Below are positions 10,932-21,440 of a stretch of 64,000 bases of DNA, in pieces; the first letter of the stretch is position 1; each line of letters begins with the position of its first letter. Below the pieces are notes generated by a model. The model saw nothing but the letters and a program-made list of their open reading frames with translations, had not been told where the DNA came from and did not search any database. This DNA comes from Acidimicrobiia bacterium (GTDB lineage Bacteria > Actinomycetota > Acidimicrobiia > Spongiisociales > ZC4RG35), in contig CBDBCY010000001.1 of assembly GCA_965203555.1 (NCBI GenBank), positions 28,427 through 92,426 on the forward strand. The letters run 5' to 3'. Position numbers and translations under genes: made by a program.

Positions 10932-12031
10932 TCGACGACACCCTTCGTCACCAGCCGACTCCCGCCCTGGTCATCGACAGGGTGGTCATGCAACGCAATG
11001 TCACGGAGATGGCGCAACGGATGAAGAATCTGGGTGTGGCACTACGCCCCCACTGGAAGACTTCCAAAATGGTTGAAGCGGCTCACATGCAGAGCCGGGC
11101 GGGCTGCGTCGGTTTCACCTGCGCCACCCCGGCCGAGGTTGAATGTTTGCTTGACAACGGGTATACAGACATCACTTGGGCCCATCAACCAGTGGGATAT
11201 CCCAAAGTCGCCTTTGCAGTGGAAGCCAACCGGCGGGGACGGGTGCGGGTGGCGCTCGACTCCCTGGGAGCAGCAGCCCCGCTGGCCCGAGCCGCCCAGG
11301 CTGCGGAGGTGGAGATTCCCTACTTGATCGAGGTTGACACCGGACTGGGCCGGGCGGGGGTTGCTCCCGGCAACGCGGTCGACTTGGCAAGACAACTGGA
11401 GGGGCTGGATGGCCTGAGACTGGAGGGCATCATCACCCACGAAGGGCATCTGAGCGGCTACTGGACCGACCGGACGGGGCTGGAGAACGCGGGCCGATCG
11501 GCGGGGCAGACCATTGTGGGAACGGCGAAGGCTCTTCGGATGGCCGGATTCGAAGTGAAAGTGGTGTCAGTCGGATCCACACCGGGGTCGACCTCCACCC
11601 CTACCATCCCGGGAATCACCGAAGCCCGTTGCGGAACCTATGTGTTCAACGACGCCAATCAGGTGACCATAGGAAGTACCGACCTCTCGGGCTGCGCTCT
11701 AACCGTGGCCGCTCGGGTGGTCAGCACCCCCAGACCCGGTGAGGCCATCATCGACGCGGGAAGCAAATCGATGAGTTCCGACGGCCCGACCTCCGGGGCC
11801 GGCTTCGGAAGGGTTCTGGCCGCCGACGGCGCCTATGCCGACATCGCATTTTTCAAGGCCAACGAGGAGCACGGTTTTCTGAGTGGACCGGGCGTGGAGA
11901 TTCTCCGAGTGGGTGACATGGTGCGTACCGTCCCCAATCACGCCTGCGCCACGGTGAACATGTGGAGCCGGGCGTTGGTGGTTGATGAGAGTGGCGCCTT
12001 CGAGGAGTGGAGGATCAGAGCCCGCCGCTGA
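10928..12031 (+). CDS. DSD1-family PLP enzyme (alanine-racemase fold; D-serine dehydratase/D-threonine aldolase-like)
   Basis: TPALVID, LRPHWKT, EVDTG, GTYVFND, NEEHG, PNHAC. Confidence 0.88.
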   Translation: MIDDTLRHQPTPALVIDRVVMQRNVTEMAQRMKNLGVALRPHWKTSKMVEAAHMQSRAGCVGFTCATPAEVECLLDNGYTDITWAHQPVGYPKVAFAVEANRRGRVRVALDSLGAAAPLARAAQAAEVEIPYLIEVDTGLGRAGVAPGNAVDLARQLEGLDGLRLEGIITHEGHLSGYWTDRTGLENAGRSAGQTIVGTAKALRMAGFEVKVVSVGSTPGSTSTPTIPGITEARCGTYVFNDANQVTIGSTDLSGCALTVAARVVSTPRPGEAIIDAGSKSMSSDGPTSGAGFGRVLAADGAYADIAFFKANEEHGFLSGPGVEILRVGDMVRTVPNHACATVNMWSRALVVDESGAFEEWRIRARR

Positions 12032-12068
12032 TCGGGGCGATCGACGACCGACCTTTCCCGGGCGCGGT

Positions 12069-12266
12069 TCAGTTCAAGCGGTCGATGATCCGATCCAGAT
12101 TCTCGTCGATGTAGTCGAGCCGAGCGTCCATGTGAGTTCCCATCCGGTCGATCCGATTCTCCACCCGGTCGAGCCGAGCGTCCACTCGATCAAGCCGTTC
12201 GGACATCCGCCCGTCCATGAGTTCTATGGCATCCACTGTCATAGAGGCAACATCGCGGGCATCCAT
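12069..12266 (-). CDS. Small heptad coiled-coil protein, copy 1
   Basis: RLDRVDA/RLDRVEN heptads; ORF is intact in both repeat copies. Confidence 0.65.
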   Translation of the reverse strand: MDARDVASMTVDAIELMDGRMSERLDRVDARLDRVENRIDRMGTHMDARLDYIDENLDRIIDRLN

Positions 12267-12509
12267 CAGGCCTCAATCATAGTGCGCACCCTGCGCGTTT
12301 GTCCGCCCGGCAAGGAGATTGGGGCCTCGTCAGGTAGACGGCGAAATCTATCTCTTGATCCAGAGACCCCTCGAATAGGTCATGTCACACCGATCAGACC
12401 GCATCATGTGCGGTATTCACATCAGTCGCAGAGAGGGAGAAACATGAAGGACATCCCCAAAACCCTCTTCCTCGCAGACGATGGACGACCGACCTTTCCC
12501 GGACGCGGT

Positions 12510-12728
12510 TCAGTTCAAGCGGTCGATGATCCGATCCAGATTCTCGTCGATGTAGTCGAGCCGAGCGTCAATGTGAGTTCCCATCCGGTCGAGCCGATTC
12601 TCCATCCGGTCGAGCCGATTCTCCATCCGGTCGAGCCGAGCGTCCACTCGATCAAGCCGTTCGGACATCCGCCCGTCCATGAGTTCTATGGCATCCACTG
12701 TCATAGAGGCAACATCGCGGGCATCCAT
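12510..12728 (-). CDS. Small heptad coiled-coil protein, copy 2 (one extra heptad)
   Basis: Duplicate with an additional RLDRMEN. Confidence 0.65.
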   Translation of the reverse strand: MDARDVASMTVDAIELMDGRMSERLDRVDARLDRMENRLDRMENRLDRMGTHIDARLDYIDENLDRIIDRLN

Positions 12729-13129
12729 CAGGCCTCAATCATAGTGCGCACCCTGCGCGTTAGTCTGCCCAGAAAGCGGACACCTCCACGGTGGATCTCG
12801 GGGTATTCTGACCGGTTCGCATGGAGCGAGTGAAACCGTTCAAGAGCTTCGGAGACGCCTTGTGGAAGTCGGCCAAGCCGCATACGGTTCCTGAGAGAAA
12901 CGCACCGAGGCCGGGGCGGTTCACCCTGGAAATCGGGGCTGTCCCGGGAGGAAACCGGCTCCGTTTCGCCTGACTATCGGGATTGTCCGCGGGGGACGAC
13001 ATCGGTGTGATGGGAGCGCCAGACTCGACGGGATCGCCCGGGCTACTCGGAATCTCTCCAAGATGACATTTCCGAATCCAAGGCCGGAGACCATCCCGGA
13101 GCGCCCTGCTCAGGGACACTGACTTCTGC

Positions 13130-13430
13130 TCATCCATGTATACGACCCCCGCCGATCTCGAACTGGCTCAGATGCCCACAGCACTCGAACCATATCCGAC
13201 GAAGAAAGAGCAAGCGCTGCAAGGTCGTCACTGCGGGCGTTTCGATATGCAACCAGTAGTGGGTGTTGTACTCATCCACTTTTTCAAGTGAAAAGCAGGT
13301 ACCCTCTTTGCCGCTCCCCCGGTGATTCTCCGGCGACAATCTGTGATGTGCCGAGACATGCCGGCACGGGTGTAGGTGCGGTCACATAGTCGACACATCC
13401 CTACCGATTCGTTTCTCGGGGTCTTGATGC
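13130..13430 (-). pseudogene. Truncated, frameshifted pRiA4b ORF-3-like / zinc-finger protein
   Basis: CRLCDRTYTRAGMSRHITDC, then in another frame YWLHIE...FLRRIWFECCGHLSQF; ends prematurely. Confidence 0.6.
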
Positions 13431-13790
13431 TGTCCGCGCTTTTGGAAGAAACTCACTGTCACCATCCCTTTTGGACGCCACGGCGAACTTCTTCACAGGC
13501 CGACAGCGCGGTGGCAGAGGTGGAGACCAAAGCACCAGTTCCGGATCACACCGCATTCGTAACGAGCAGTTCAATGTTCGCTCTGTATGGCCCGGACTGC
13601 CTGCCCTCCGAGGAGCCGACCCATGTCCGCCTGAGTTTTCCAGATGTGAGTTGACACTCTCACCGAGTTGCCCCGTACCGAGACATACACGGATCAAGAA
13701 GCCAGCTCCGTCATCAGCGATTGATGCCTTCCGGTATCCGAGTGTTCTTTTAGTGTTTGTTTTGACAACTTGGTGTTATGTGGTGTTGTT

Positions 13791-13812
13791 TGTCACACCT
13801 CTGGTGCATACT
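13791..13812 (+). promoter_or_regulatory. RecA-NDp/PafBC-like DNA-damage promoter motif
   Basis: TGTCAC-N10-CATACT just upstream of the ATG at 13820, close to the TGTCRG-N10-TAnnnT consensus. Confidence 0.45.
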
Positions 13813-13819
13813 GGTATGC

Positions 13820-15064
13820 ATGAACAGAAAAGACATGAACGGTTCGGTGGCCAATCGGGTGCGTTTGTTGGTGCCTTCTTTGCCGGTTTCTGAGGCTTCG
13901 TTGGAGCAGTTGCGCAAGCGGTTGAAGTCCACTGTCCGTGTTCAGAACCAGGCAGCGGCGATCCGCGCCGAGATTGTGTCGGAGTTGCGCCGCCGGGAAG
14001 GCACCGAGGTGGTGGAAACGGTGTTACAAACCGACGGCCTGCTAGGCCGTAGACGGGCCCGGTCGGAAGTGGAGACCGCCCGAGCATTGGAGGAACTACC
14101 AAAAACGCGGGAAGGGCTTCGCGCGGGGGAGATCTCCCACGACAACGCGCGGATCCTCGCTGGTGCCAACCAGCGGGGAACCATAGCAGAAGACGAGTTG
14201 TTGGATGATGCTCGTTCCCAGTCTCCGGACAAGTTCGCGGCGACGGTCCGCAAACACGAACAGAAGCGTGCCCGGGATGATGGTGTGTCGAAGTTGGAGC
14301 ATCAGCGGTCCCATCGGTTCGCCAGGATCACCACCGACCAAGACGACGGGATGACCGTCCTGTACGGACGTTTCGACCCGGTCACCGGTGCCCGGGTGGA
14401 AACGGCCGTGTCACACATGATGAAACAACTATGGCACAAAGAAGACCCCCGGGACCGGGCCACATCAGGTCAGAGAATGGCCGACGCTTTGGCCGAACTT
14501 CTTACTCGGGAAGGAAAAGACGGTCGGTCGCAGGATGTGCGCCTGTTGCTGATCGCCGACTACGACACCATCAATCAACAACTGAAAGATGCCCGCCTGG
14601 GGGACGGGACTCCCATTCCCGCCAAGACGCTGCGGGAACTGGCCTGTGACGCCCAGATCCTGCCCGCCATCTTCTCAGGGTCGTCGATACCCCTGGATCT
14701 GGGACGAGCCAGACGCAAAGCCAGCCCGGCCCAACGCGCTGCGCTCATCGCCCGCGATCAACACTGTGTCGGGTGCGGAGCGAAAGCCGCCTGGTGCCAG
14801 GCCCACCACATCGTCCACTGGGCCGACGGAGGCCCCACCAACATCGACAACCTCGTCCTGCTATGCAGCAGATGCCACCACAAAATACACGACCAAAACT
14901 GGACAATCCACCAGTCACCAGCAGGAAGATACACCCTCCGCCGACCACCCACCCAATGGGGACACCCACCCCGCCAACCCACCTCCCACCGCTACCCCCG
15001 CAAACGCCGACCCAACAGCCGCTACCCTCGCAAACGCCGACCCACCATAAAACAACGAAAATAA
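13820..15064 (+). CDS. DUF222 domain + HNH endonuclease (13E12-repeat-like)
   Basis: QRMADAL, RELACDA, LIARDQHCVGC, HHIVHWADGGPTNIDNLVLLCSRCHHKIH. Confidence 0.92.
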   Translation: MNRKDMNGSVANRVRLLVPSLPVSEASLEQLRKRLKSTVRVQNQAAAIRAEIVSELRRREGTEVVETVLQTDGLLGRRRARSEVETARALEELPKTREGLRAGEISHDNARILAGANQRGTIAEDELLDDARSQSPDKFAATVRKHEQKRARDDGVSKLEHQRSHRFARITTDQDDGMTVLYGRFDPVTGARVETAVSHMMKQLWHKEDPRDRATSGQRMADALAELLTREGKDGRSQDVRLLLIADYDTINQQLKDARLGDGTPIPAKTLRELACDAQILPAIFSGSSIPLDLGRARRKASPAQRAALIARDQHCVGCGAKAAWCQAHHIVHWADGGPTNIDNLVLLCSRCHHKIHDQNWTIHQSPAGRYTLRRPPTQWGHPPRQPTSHRYPRKRRPNSRYPRKRRPTIKQRK

Positions 15065-15427
15065 ACAGACCACTTCCCCCGACTCTTCCCACCCGGGACA
15101 CCATCCCCCACCCGCCACCGGACCCCTACCATCCGGTTTCCCACTCTTGCCCCGCGGCATCCCCCTCCTAATTTGGGTTTCCCCTCCCGACCCGCCGCCC
15201 CCTGACCGTCACAAAAGGTGCGAACAGGCGCAGGCCTGCCCGAACCCGAAACAAACCAGTATTCGGCTAGATAGTCCACTCTCGGGGACACTGTCAAACC
15301 AGCGTCTCGACCGAGAACAAGACCGATCTGATGACGGCGATCCGGACCGCGCATTCATGTTTGTCTATTCAATATGCAACGGACCTGAGACAAAACACAA
15401 GCGTTTCGTCATGAATCTTTGGGGAAA

Positions 15428-16594
15428 TCATCGCGACTCTTTCAGCCAGGCGGCCAACCCTTCGAGTAGGCGATCCATGTCGGCTCGGGTGTTCCACATG
15501 TGCGCCGAGACCCTCACCGAATTGCCTCGCACCGATACGTAAACCGACCGGGAGGCAAGATCCGTCACCAGCGAACGCGGATCGGCGCCCTCCGGCAACC
15601 GCAGACCCACCAGGTGGGAGCTTCGGAACTCGGACCGGGGAGCATTGAGTCCCAGGGCGGCGGCCTCTTCGGCCAGGTAATCGGTGAGCCCTTGACTGTA
15701 CGCCGACAAGCGGTCGGTCCCCACCGACGATACGATCTCCAGAGCGCGACCGGCCGCCTCGGTCAGCCACAGATTCCAGGTCTGCCCGGCGTCGTAGCGT
15801 CTTGCTCCCGAAGCCAACTCCCAGCGGTACTCGTTTACCCGAGAAAAGTCTTCGCTTCCCGCCCTGGCCATCCAGTTGGCGTCGATCGGTCTCCCCTCCC
15901 GGTTCTCCGGCGACGCCCACAAATAGCACAGGCCCGGCGGACCCAACAGCCACTTGTATCCCACAGAAACCACAAAGTCGGGGCGGATGCTCTCCACATC
16001 GAAGGGCGCCATTCCCAGGCTCTGCGAAATATCCAGGACCACGCGAGCGCCCACCGCGCGGGCTGCTTTTCCCACCGTTTCCAGATCCACTCGGGTCCCG
16101 TCCGTCCAGTGACAGGCCGGCGCCGACACCGCCGAGATCGTCTCATCCAGGCGGTCCAGCACCGCGGCAGTCCAATCGTCGTCCGAAGGTCGCTTCACAA
16201 AGACCGCCTCAGCGCCTCGCTCGGTCCAGGGATACACCATGGCGGGGAATTGCTCCTCGAGCATCAACACCCGGTCGCCCTCCCCTACCCCCAGGGCGGA
16301 GGCTGCGGTGGCCACCCCGTAGCTGGCCGAGGGTATCAACGCAACACCTTCGGCATCTCCCCCAACCAGCCGGGCAACCCATTCCCTGATCCGGTTTCCG
16401 GGCTTGAAGAAGTCCGAGACCGTCACCTCCGACAGCGGCCGGTTCACCGCCGCTGCCACCGCCTCGGTTACCGGCCTGGCCCGGGCGCCCAGATAGGCGC
16501 TGTTCAGCCAGGCAACGTCCCCCGGAAGATCAAACAGCCCCCGGGCAGGCAATTCCAAACGCGAAAATGAGGCTCTCATCGATTCCGAAATCAA
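15428..16594 (-). CDS. Aminotransferase class V (PLP), selenocysteine lyase/kynureninase-like
   Basis: WLNSAYLG, LDISQSLG, SVGYKWLLGPPG, RVSAH. Confidence 0.88.
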   Translation of the reverse strand: MISESMRASFSRLELPARGLFDLPGDVAWLNSAYLGARARPVTEAVAAAVNRPLSEVTVSDFFKPGNRIREWVARLVGGDAEGVALIPSASYGVATAASALGVGEGDRVLMLEEQFPAMVYPWTERGAEAVFVKRPSDDDWTAAVLDRLDETISAVSAPACHWTDGTRVDLETVGKAARAVGARVVLDISQSLGMAPFDVESIRPDFVVSVGYKWLLGPPGLCYLWASPENREGRPIDANWMARAGSEDFSRVNEYRWELASGARRYDAGQTWNLWLTEAAGRALEIVSSVGTDRLSAYSQGLTDYLAEEAAALGLNAPRSEFRSSHLVGLRLPEGADPRSLVTDLASRSVYVSVRGNSVRVSAHMWNTRADMDRLLEGLAAWLKESR

Positions 16595-16851
16595 TCAGTG
16601 GGATAGACGAGAGTCAAATCCGAAAAGGTCACCCCTTCCGAGCCGAGCCGAGAGGAGAGCATCCCTTCGAACATCTCCTTGGGAATCAGACACTCCTCAC
16701 AGGCGTCGGGTCCCGCCACTATCTCCACCCGCAGGCCTCCCACGCCCGCCACACTCACCTCCAATGTGTAACCATCGGCGGCCAGTCCCGACGAGAAAGG
16801 CATCAAAGCCGAGATTGCCGACTCCACACCCGGGTGCGGCTTTCCAGTCAC
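16591..16851 (-). CDS. Small NifU-C-like protein
   Basis: ADG...ACEEC (CxxC) pattern; coupled to the aminotransferase. Confidence 0.6.
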   Translation of the reverse strand: MTGKPHPGVESAISALMPFSSGLAADGYTLEVSVAGVGGLRVEIVAGPDACEECLIPKEMFEGMLSSRLGSEGVTFSDLTLVYPTD

Positions 16852-16938
16852 AGTCCCCTTAGGGTAGCCTTCAAGATCATCCGTCCGAAGGTCGCATTCT
16901 TGCTTGACAATAAGCCTCTCCCCCTACCTCTGGGAACC

Positions 16939-17580
16939 GTGCTCCTCCAGGGCATCCGAGCCTTTCTCAACTCTCCCGCCGCGTTGACGGCTCGCTCTCT
17001 CTATGTCTCGGCCGTCCCCGCGGTGGTCCTGGTGATATGGCAGGCCAGCGAGAACACGCGGGAAGGCAACCCTCTCTTCTTCTGGGTTTACTTGTTCATC
17101 TGGTGCGGGAGTTTCTTCGTGACCGGCTATGTTGGATGGCCTCTCGCCCGCACCGCACTGGCGGCGGCGTCCGCCGACCTTTCCTCCGACCGGGATGACG
17201 ACTGGTGGGTGCGGGACGGGTTCGTAAGGGCAACGGCCGCCTTCTCGTTCACCGTCGCAGTGGGAATGGTATTCCTGGTGATCCCGGGTTTGATGGTCCT
17301 GATGATCTACACCTTCTATCCCTTCCTGATCATTGAGAAGAAGACCAAGGGTTTCATGTCATTGGCGATGAGTGCGGAACTGACCAGGGGAAACCGCATG
17401 CGCCTTTTGGTCGTGGTGCTGGTCATGGCGGTTTTGTTTGTACCGGCCGGCGCTTTGTTCTACCTCTGGGAACCGGGCTTGGCAAGGGTCCTCGCCTTCT
17501 GGGTGCTGAGCGCTCCGGCTCTGGCTGTGGCGGCGGCTACCGTGGCAGCGGCGTACCGCATTCTCGGCTCTTCCCGATAG
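16939..17580 (+). CDS. Integral membrane protein (start inferred at GTG)
   Basis: Multiple TM segments; LVIPGL...S.ELTRGNR pattern of actinobacterial membrane proteins. Confidence 0.7.
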   Translation: MLLQGIRAFLNSPAALTARSLYVSAVPAVVLVIWQASENTREGNPLFFWVYLFIWCGSFFVTGYVGWPLARTALAAASADLSSDRDDDWWVRDGFVRATAAFSFTVAVGMVFLVIPGLMVLMIYTFYPFLIIEKKTKGFMSLAMSAELTRGNRMRLLVVVLVMAVLFVPAGALFYLWEPGLARVLAFWVLSAPALAVAAATVAAAYRILGSSR

Positions 17581-17687
17581 GAGTCGTTGACACGACTGGC
17601 TAAAAACCCGCGAATTTCCCACATTGGGGCATCTCCGCCCTCTAGGGTTATAGGTGTATACCGTAATACCCCTCTAAAGGAGGAAGA

Positions 17688-18782
17688 ATGCTCGCACGTC
17701 TACAGAAGTTTGGCGGGTTTATGGCGGGTATGGTCATTCCCAACATTGGGGCGTTTATCGCCTGGGGATTGATCACCGCCTTTTTCATTCCCACCGGATG
17801 GACACCTAACGACGATCTGCTAGAGCTGGTAGGCCCAATCATTGTCTACCTGTTGCCCGTACTAATCGGTTACACGGGCGGCAAGATGGTGTATGGCCAT
17901 AGGGGAGGCGTGATGGGCTCCCTTGCCACTATGGGAATCATTGTCGGTGCTGACTTTGCTCTGGAAAGCGGCGCCACCGGTGACCCACCCCAGTTCTTGG
18001 GCGCGATGGTGGTCGGTCCCCTGGCTGCCTGGATAATGATGAAAGTCGACCAGGCTTTCCAGGACAGGGTGGCTGTCGGATTCGAGATGCTCTACAACAA
18101 CTTCTCGGCCGGCATTCTGGGCGCCATTCTGGCGATCATCGGACGCTACATCATGGGTCCGATCATGGGCGGTATCGCCAGCTTCTTCGGAAATGTCGTT
18201 GACGCCGTCAACGATGCCGGACTACTACCCCTGGCGGATATACCCATCGAAGTCGGAAAGGTGTTGTTCCTGAACAACGCCATCAACCATGGAATCCTCG
18301 CGCCGCTGGGCGCAGCGGAGGCCGCTGAAACAGGGAAGGCGATCCACTTCCTGCTGGAAACCAACCCTGGCCCGGGGCTGGGATTGCTCCTGGCCTATTG
18401 GTTCGCCGGCAAGGGTATGGCCAAGCTGTCCGCTCCCGGCGCTATCGTCATTCACTTCTTCGGTGGCATCCATGAGATCTACTTCCCGTACATTCTCATG
18501 CATCCCATCATGATTCTCTCGGTTTGGGCCGGAGGCATCCTCGCTGACATCATCTTCGTGATTTTCGACTCGGGGTTATCGGCCACGCCCTCGCCGGGCT
18601 CTATCTTCGCCTATCTGGCGGTAACGCCGAGGGGCGAACACATAGGGGTCTATCTAGGTGTGGCGGCCGCAGCGGCGGCAGCATTCGTAGTGGGTACGCT
18701 GCTGTTGCGGATCTCACCGGTCAAGGAAACGGAAGGCACCGAGGATATGATCGGCACCATGCCAAGCGTTCCAGCCGGTTAA
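17688..18782 (+). CDS. mtlA: PTS mannitol transporter IIC
   Basis: MVIPNIGAFIAWGLITA, LFLNNAINHG, ETNPGPGLG, GGIHEIYFPY; AAGGAGG RBS. Confidence 0.95.
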   Translation: MLARLQKFGGFMAGMVIPNIGAFIAWGLITAFFIPTGWTPNDDLLELVGPIIVYLLPVLIGYTGGKMVYGHRGGVMGSLATMGIIVGADFALESGATGDPPQFLGAMVVGPLAAWIMMKVDQAFQDRVAVGFEMLYNNFSAGILGAILAIIGRYIMGPIMGGIASFFGNVVDAVNDAGLLPLADIPIEVGKVLFLNNAINHGILAPLGAAEAAETGKAIHFLLETNPGPGLGLLLAYWFAGKGMAKLSAPGAIVIHFFGGIHEIYFPYILMHPIMILSVWAGGILADIIFVIFDSGLSATPSPGSIFAYLAVTPRGEHIGVYLGVAAAAAAAFVVGTLLLRISPVKETEGTEDMIGTMPSVPAG

Positions 18783-18866
18783 ACCAAACCAACTCCCGTA
18801 TTAAAGTGGGGAGCGTCTCCTACCCCGGGAGACTCTCCCCACTCTCTTATCCGGAAGGATTACAAC

Positions 18867-19190
18867 ATGAGTTCAGTAGTAAAGGCGGCGTCGGATGTCA
18901 AGTGGATCGTTCTCGCCTGTGAAGCCGGGATGGGTTCAAGCCTGATGGTGACCAACGCCCTCAAAAAGATGGTCAAGAAGGCCAAACTCAAGGTAAAGGT
19001 CAGCCACTCGCCGGTGCACGACATACCCGCCGAGGCCGATGTGGTGGTAACCCATCAGGGACTGGCCGCCCGGGTAAAGCAGGTTGCGCCTCACGCCGCC
19101 GTCGTTCCGTTCAGGACCTTTCTGAAAGACCCGGCCCTGACCCAGTTGGTGAAGAACCTCGCCACCGGGCAGGACGTGGAGGGGATGTAG
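18867..19190 (+). CDS. PTS mannitol-type IIB component
   Basis: ACEAGMGSS phosphorylation loop. Confidence 0.92.
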   Translation: MSSVVKAASDVKWIVLACEAGMGSSLMVTNALKKMVKKAKLKVKVSHSPVHDIPAEADVVVTHQGLAARVKQVAPHAAVVPFRTFLKDPALTQLVKNLATGQDVEGM

Positions 19191-19193
19191 CCG

Positions 19194-19640
19194 ATGGCGG
19201 AAGAGTCCGTAGCTTCGGTGGAGGCCATCTCCCTGGGCGAAAAAGGCCTAACCATGGAAGAAGCCATAGGTCGGGTGTCAGGAATGCTGTTCGACCTGGG
19301 GGCTGTGGAAGAGGGATACGGAGCATCAATGCTGGCCCGAGAAGAGGTGATCTCCACCTACCTGGGAAACGGGATCGCCCTTCCCCACTGCACCTACGAG
19401 GACAAGGGCCTTATCAAACGCACCTCCCTGGTGCTGGCTCAATACCCCGCGGGTATCCCCTGGGGTGATGAGGACGACACAGCTTACCTGGTGTTCGGAT
19501 TGGCGGCGGTGGGCGAAGAACATCTGGCGGTGATGTCGCATCTGGCGGAAGTGTTGGACGACGAGGACCTGTGCGACCGGCTGGCAGTGGCCACCGACGA
19601 AAACTATGTCAAGGAGACCTTGGCCGCTTCTCCGGAATGA
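19194..19640 (+). CDS. mtlF: PTS mannitol-type IIA component
   Basis: RE..STYLGNGIALPH. Confidence 0.9.
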   Translation: MAEESVASVEAISLGEKGLTMEEAIGRVSGMLFDLGAVEEGYGASMLAREEVISTYLGNGIALPHCTYEDKGLIKRTSLVLAQYPAGIPWGDEDDTAYLVFGLAAVGEEHLAVMSHLAEVLDDEDLCDRLAVATDENYVKETLAASPE

Positions 19641-20758
19641 CCCGACGACGGGTGGCCGTATTCGGCGCCGGGAACATAGGAAGAGGGTTGCTGGGATGGC
19701 TGTTCGGGCGCGCCGGATGGGAAGTGATCTTCGTTGATGTCTTTCCTCGATTGGTGGACGGAATCAACACGGCGGGGCAATACCGGGTGATCGAGGTGGG
19801 ACCCGAAGGCAGATCCACCCGGTTGATCGAAGGAGTCAGGGCAGTAAACGGTACGGCGGACGAAGCCATTTCCGCCACGGCATCGGCGGAGGTGGTGTGC
19901 ACCGCGGTGGGCGCAGGCATACTCGACCGCGTGGCGCCCACTGTCGCAGCGGCTCTTTCCCGCCGCGACAGTCGCATCCGCAATGTGCTGGCCTGCGAGA
20001 ACGCCGACCCCAACAGCGCCCTGCTCCTAAAACATGTTCAAGGTGTCATGGGCGTCCGCCCGACGGGAGTGGGGTTCCCCGAGACGCTGGTCGACCGGAT
20101 GGTGCCCGGTTCCACCGGGGAAAGTCTGGATGTGGAGGTGGAAGCGCGCTTTGACTTCAAAGTGGCCGAGGAGGCGTGGATCGGTAGGGACCCGGGCGTG
20201 CCGGGAGTGGAGTTGGTGGGCAATCTGGGTCTGTACCGCAAGAGAAAACTGTGGCTGGTCAACGGACTGCACGCCGCCGGAGCCTTCCTCGGATGGCATG
20301 CCGGCCACGAAACGGTGGCGCAGGCGGTTTCCGATCCGTCCATCAGACGGCGACTGGAGGAGATAGCCATCACCATGGCAGCCGTCCTCTCCGAGCAATT
20401 GGAGGATTGGACCGAAGAAGAGTTGGCCGACTACGGACGGTACAACCTCCAACGGTTCCAGAGCACCGCCCTGGTGGATCCCGTCGGTCGGGTGGCTCGC
20501 AATCCCCTGAGGAAGCTGGGACCCACCGAGCGCCTGGTCAGCCCTGCCCGAGAAGCGGTCCGGCGGGGCCTCCCGTCGGGCGCCCTCTGCGACGCGATCG
20601 TGGCGGGGCTTTCGATAGACGACGACCGTGTGGAGGGAATGGGAGAACTGCGAGACATCCTGGCGTCGGGAGGGTGGAAGTCGGTGCTGGACCTGGGCGA
20701 GGCAGACCGGGCATTGGTTGAAATACTGGAAAACCGCATGGCTGAGCGGGTAATTTGA
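19637..20758 (+). CDS. mtlD: Mannitol-1-phosphate 5-dehydrogenase
   Basis: FGAGNIGRG, ACEN, VDRMVP, RKLWLVNGLH, RVARNPLRKL. Confidence 0.93.
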   Translation: MTRRRVAVFGAGNIGRGLLGWLFGRAGWEVIFVDVFPRLVDGINTAGQYRVIEVGPEGRSTRLIEGVRAVNGTADEAISATASAEVVCTAVGAGILDRVAPTVAAALSRRDSRIRNVLACENADPNSALLLKHVQGVMGVRPTGVGFPETLVDRMVPGSTGESLDVEVEARFDFKVAEEAWIGRDPGVPGVELVGNLGLYRKRKLWLVNGLHAAGAFLGWHAGHETVAQAVSDPSIRRRLEEIAITMAAVLSEQLEDWTEEELADYGRYNLQRFQSTALVDPVGRVARNPLRKLGPTERLVSPAREAVRRGLPSGALCDAIVAGLSIDDDRVEGMGELRDILASGGWKSVLDLGEADRALVEILENRMAERVI

Positions 20759-20810
20759 GCCCTTGCCCTATATGATCGGGGAAACAGTAACCGACCCTCC
20801 CAGGTGAGAA

Positions 20811-21110
20811 ATGTCCCGAATGACCGAAGACCAACTCCGGCAGGCAATGATCAACAAATTGTCCGCCGAACCGGATCCCACCGGAAAAGCCGACCTGGTC
20901 TGCTCCAAAGGCGCGTTGGGTATCGCCGCCAACCACAAGCAGATCAAAAAGACCGTCAAGCGCCTGAGACCGCTGATGAGCTACCGTTTCCTGGTCATCA
21001 ACCGAGCCGACCTGTTCGCAGCCAGTCCCGCCACCATCGGCACCAAGATCGGCATCCTCGACGCCAACGGATCCCTACTGAAAGCCGCCGACCTCCCCCG
21101 CAAACGCTAG
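20811..21110 (+). CDS. Hypothetical protein
   Basis: 99-aa ORF with good GC3 codon usage and a GGTGA RBS-like element. Confidence 0.55.
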   Translation: MSRMTEDQLRQAMINKLSAEPDPTGKADLVCSKGALGIAANHKQIKKTVKRLRPLMSYRFLVINRADLFAASPATIGTKIGILDANGSLLKAADLPRKR

Positions 21111-21440
21111 GCGGCGCCCGCGAAGAAGATGACCAGCTCCAGCTCCGAAGGGAAGCCTGTTTGGCCTGAGTAACGTCGACTCGCCAAACCGAGGCTTCGG
21201 TAGGAGCACGAAGTGACGCTACATCCCCGCTAGACCCTGGGGATCTGCCATCGTAGCCTTGGGAGTCGGCTTCAAGCAGCGATTCGAAGTTCTGGAAATG
21301 AAGGCGCTCATGCTGAGGTCGCGGGTTTCGGATGCCCAGCGCACCTGCTTCGCAAGCTGGTCGTCACGCGAAATTGTCTCTTCATGATGCATCAACTGAC
21401 AGTGATCGCCAACATCAACACTTGAACCCGGGGAATCAAG

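Larger units (their letters stand above)
12043..12761. repeat. Near-identical direct repeat (12043..12299 and 12484..12761); copy 2 has one extra 21-bp unit
   Basis: Direct comparison: 257 vs 278 bp. Confidence 0.95.

Noticed and set aside
11982-12833. 283-aa + strand ORF across the duplication
   Set aside because: Antisense to the two heptad ORFs; its repeat structure merely mirrors the duplication
14989-15044. RYPRKRRP x2 as a eukaryotic nuclear localisation signal on the HNH protein
   Set aside because: A 30-bp duplication in a low-complexity A/C-rich tail with no secretion signal; no support for host targeting
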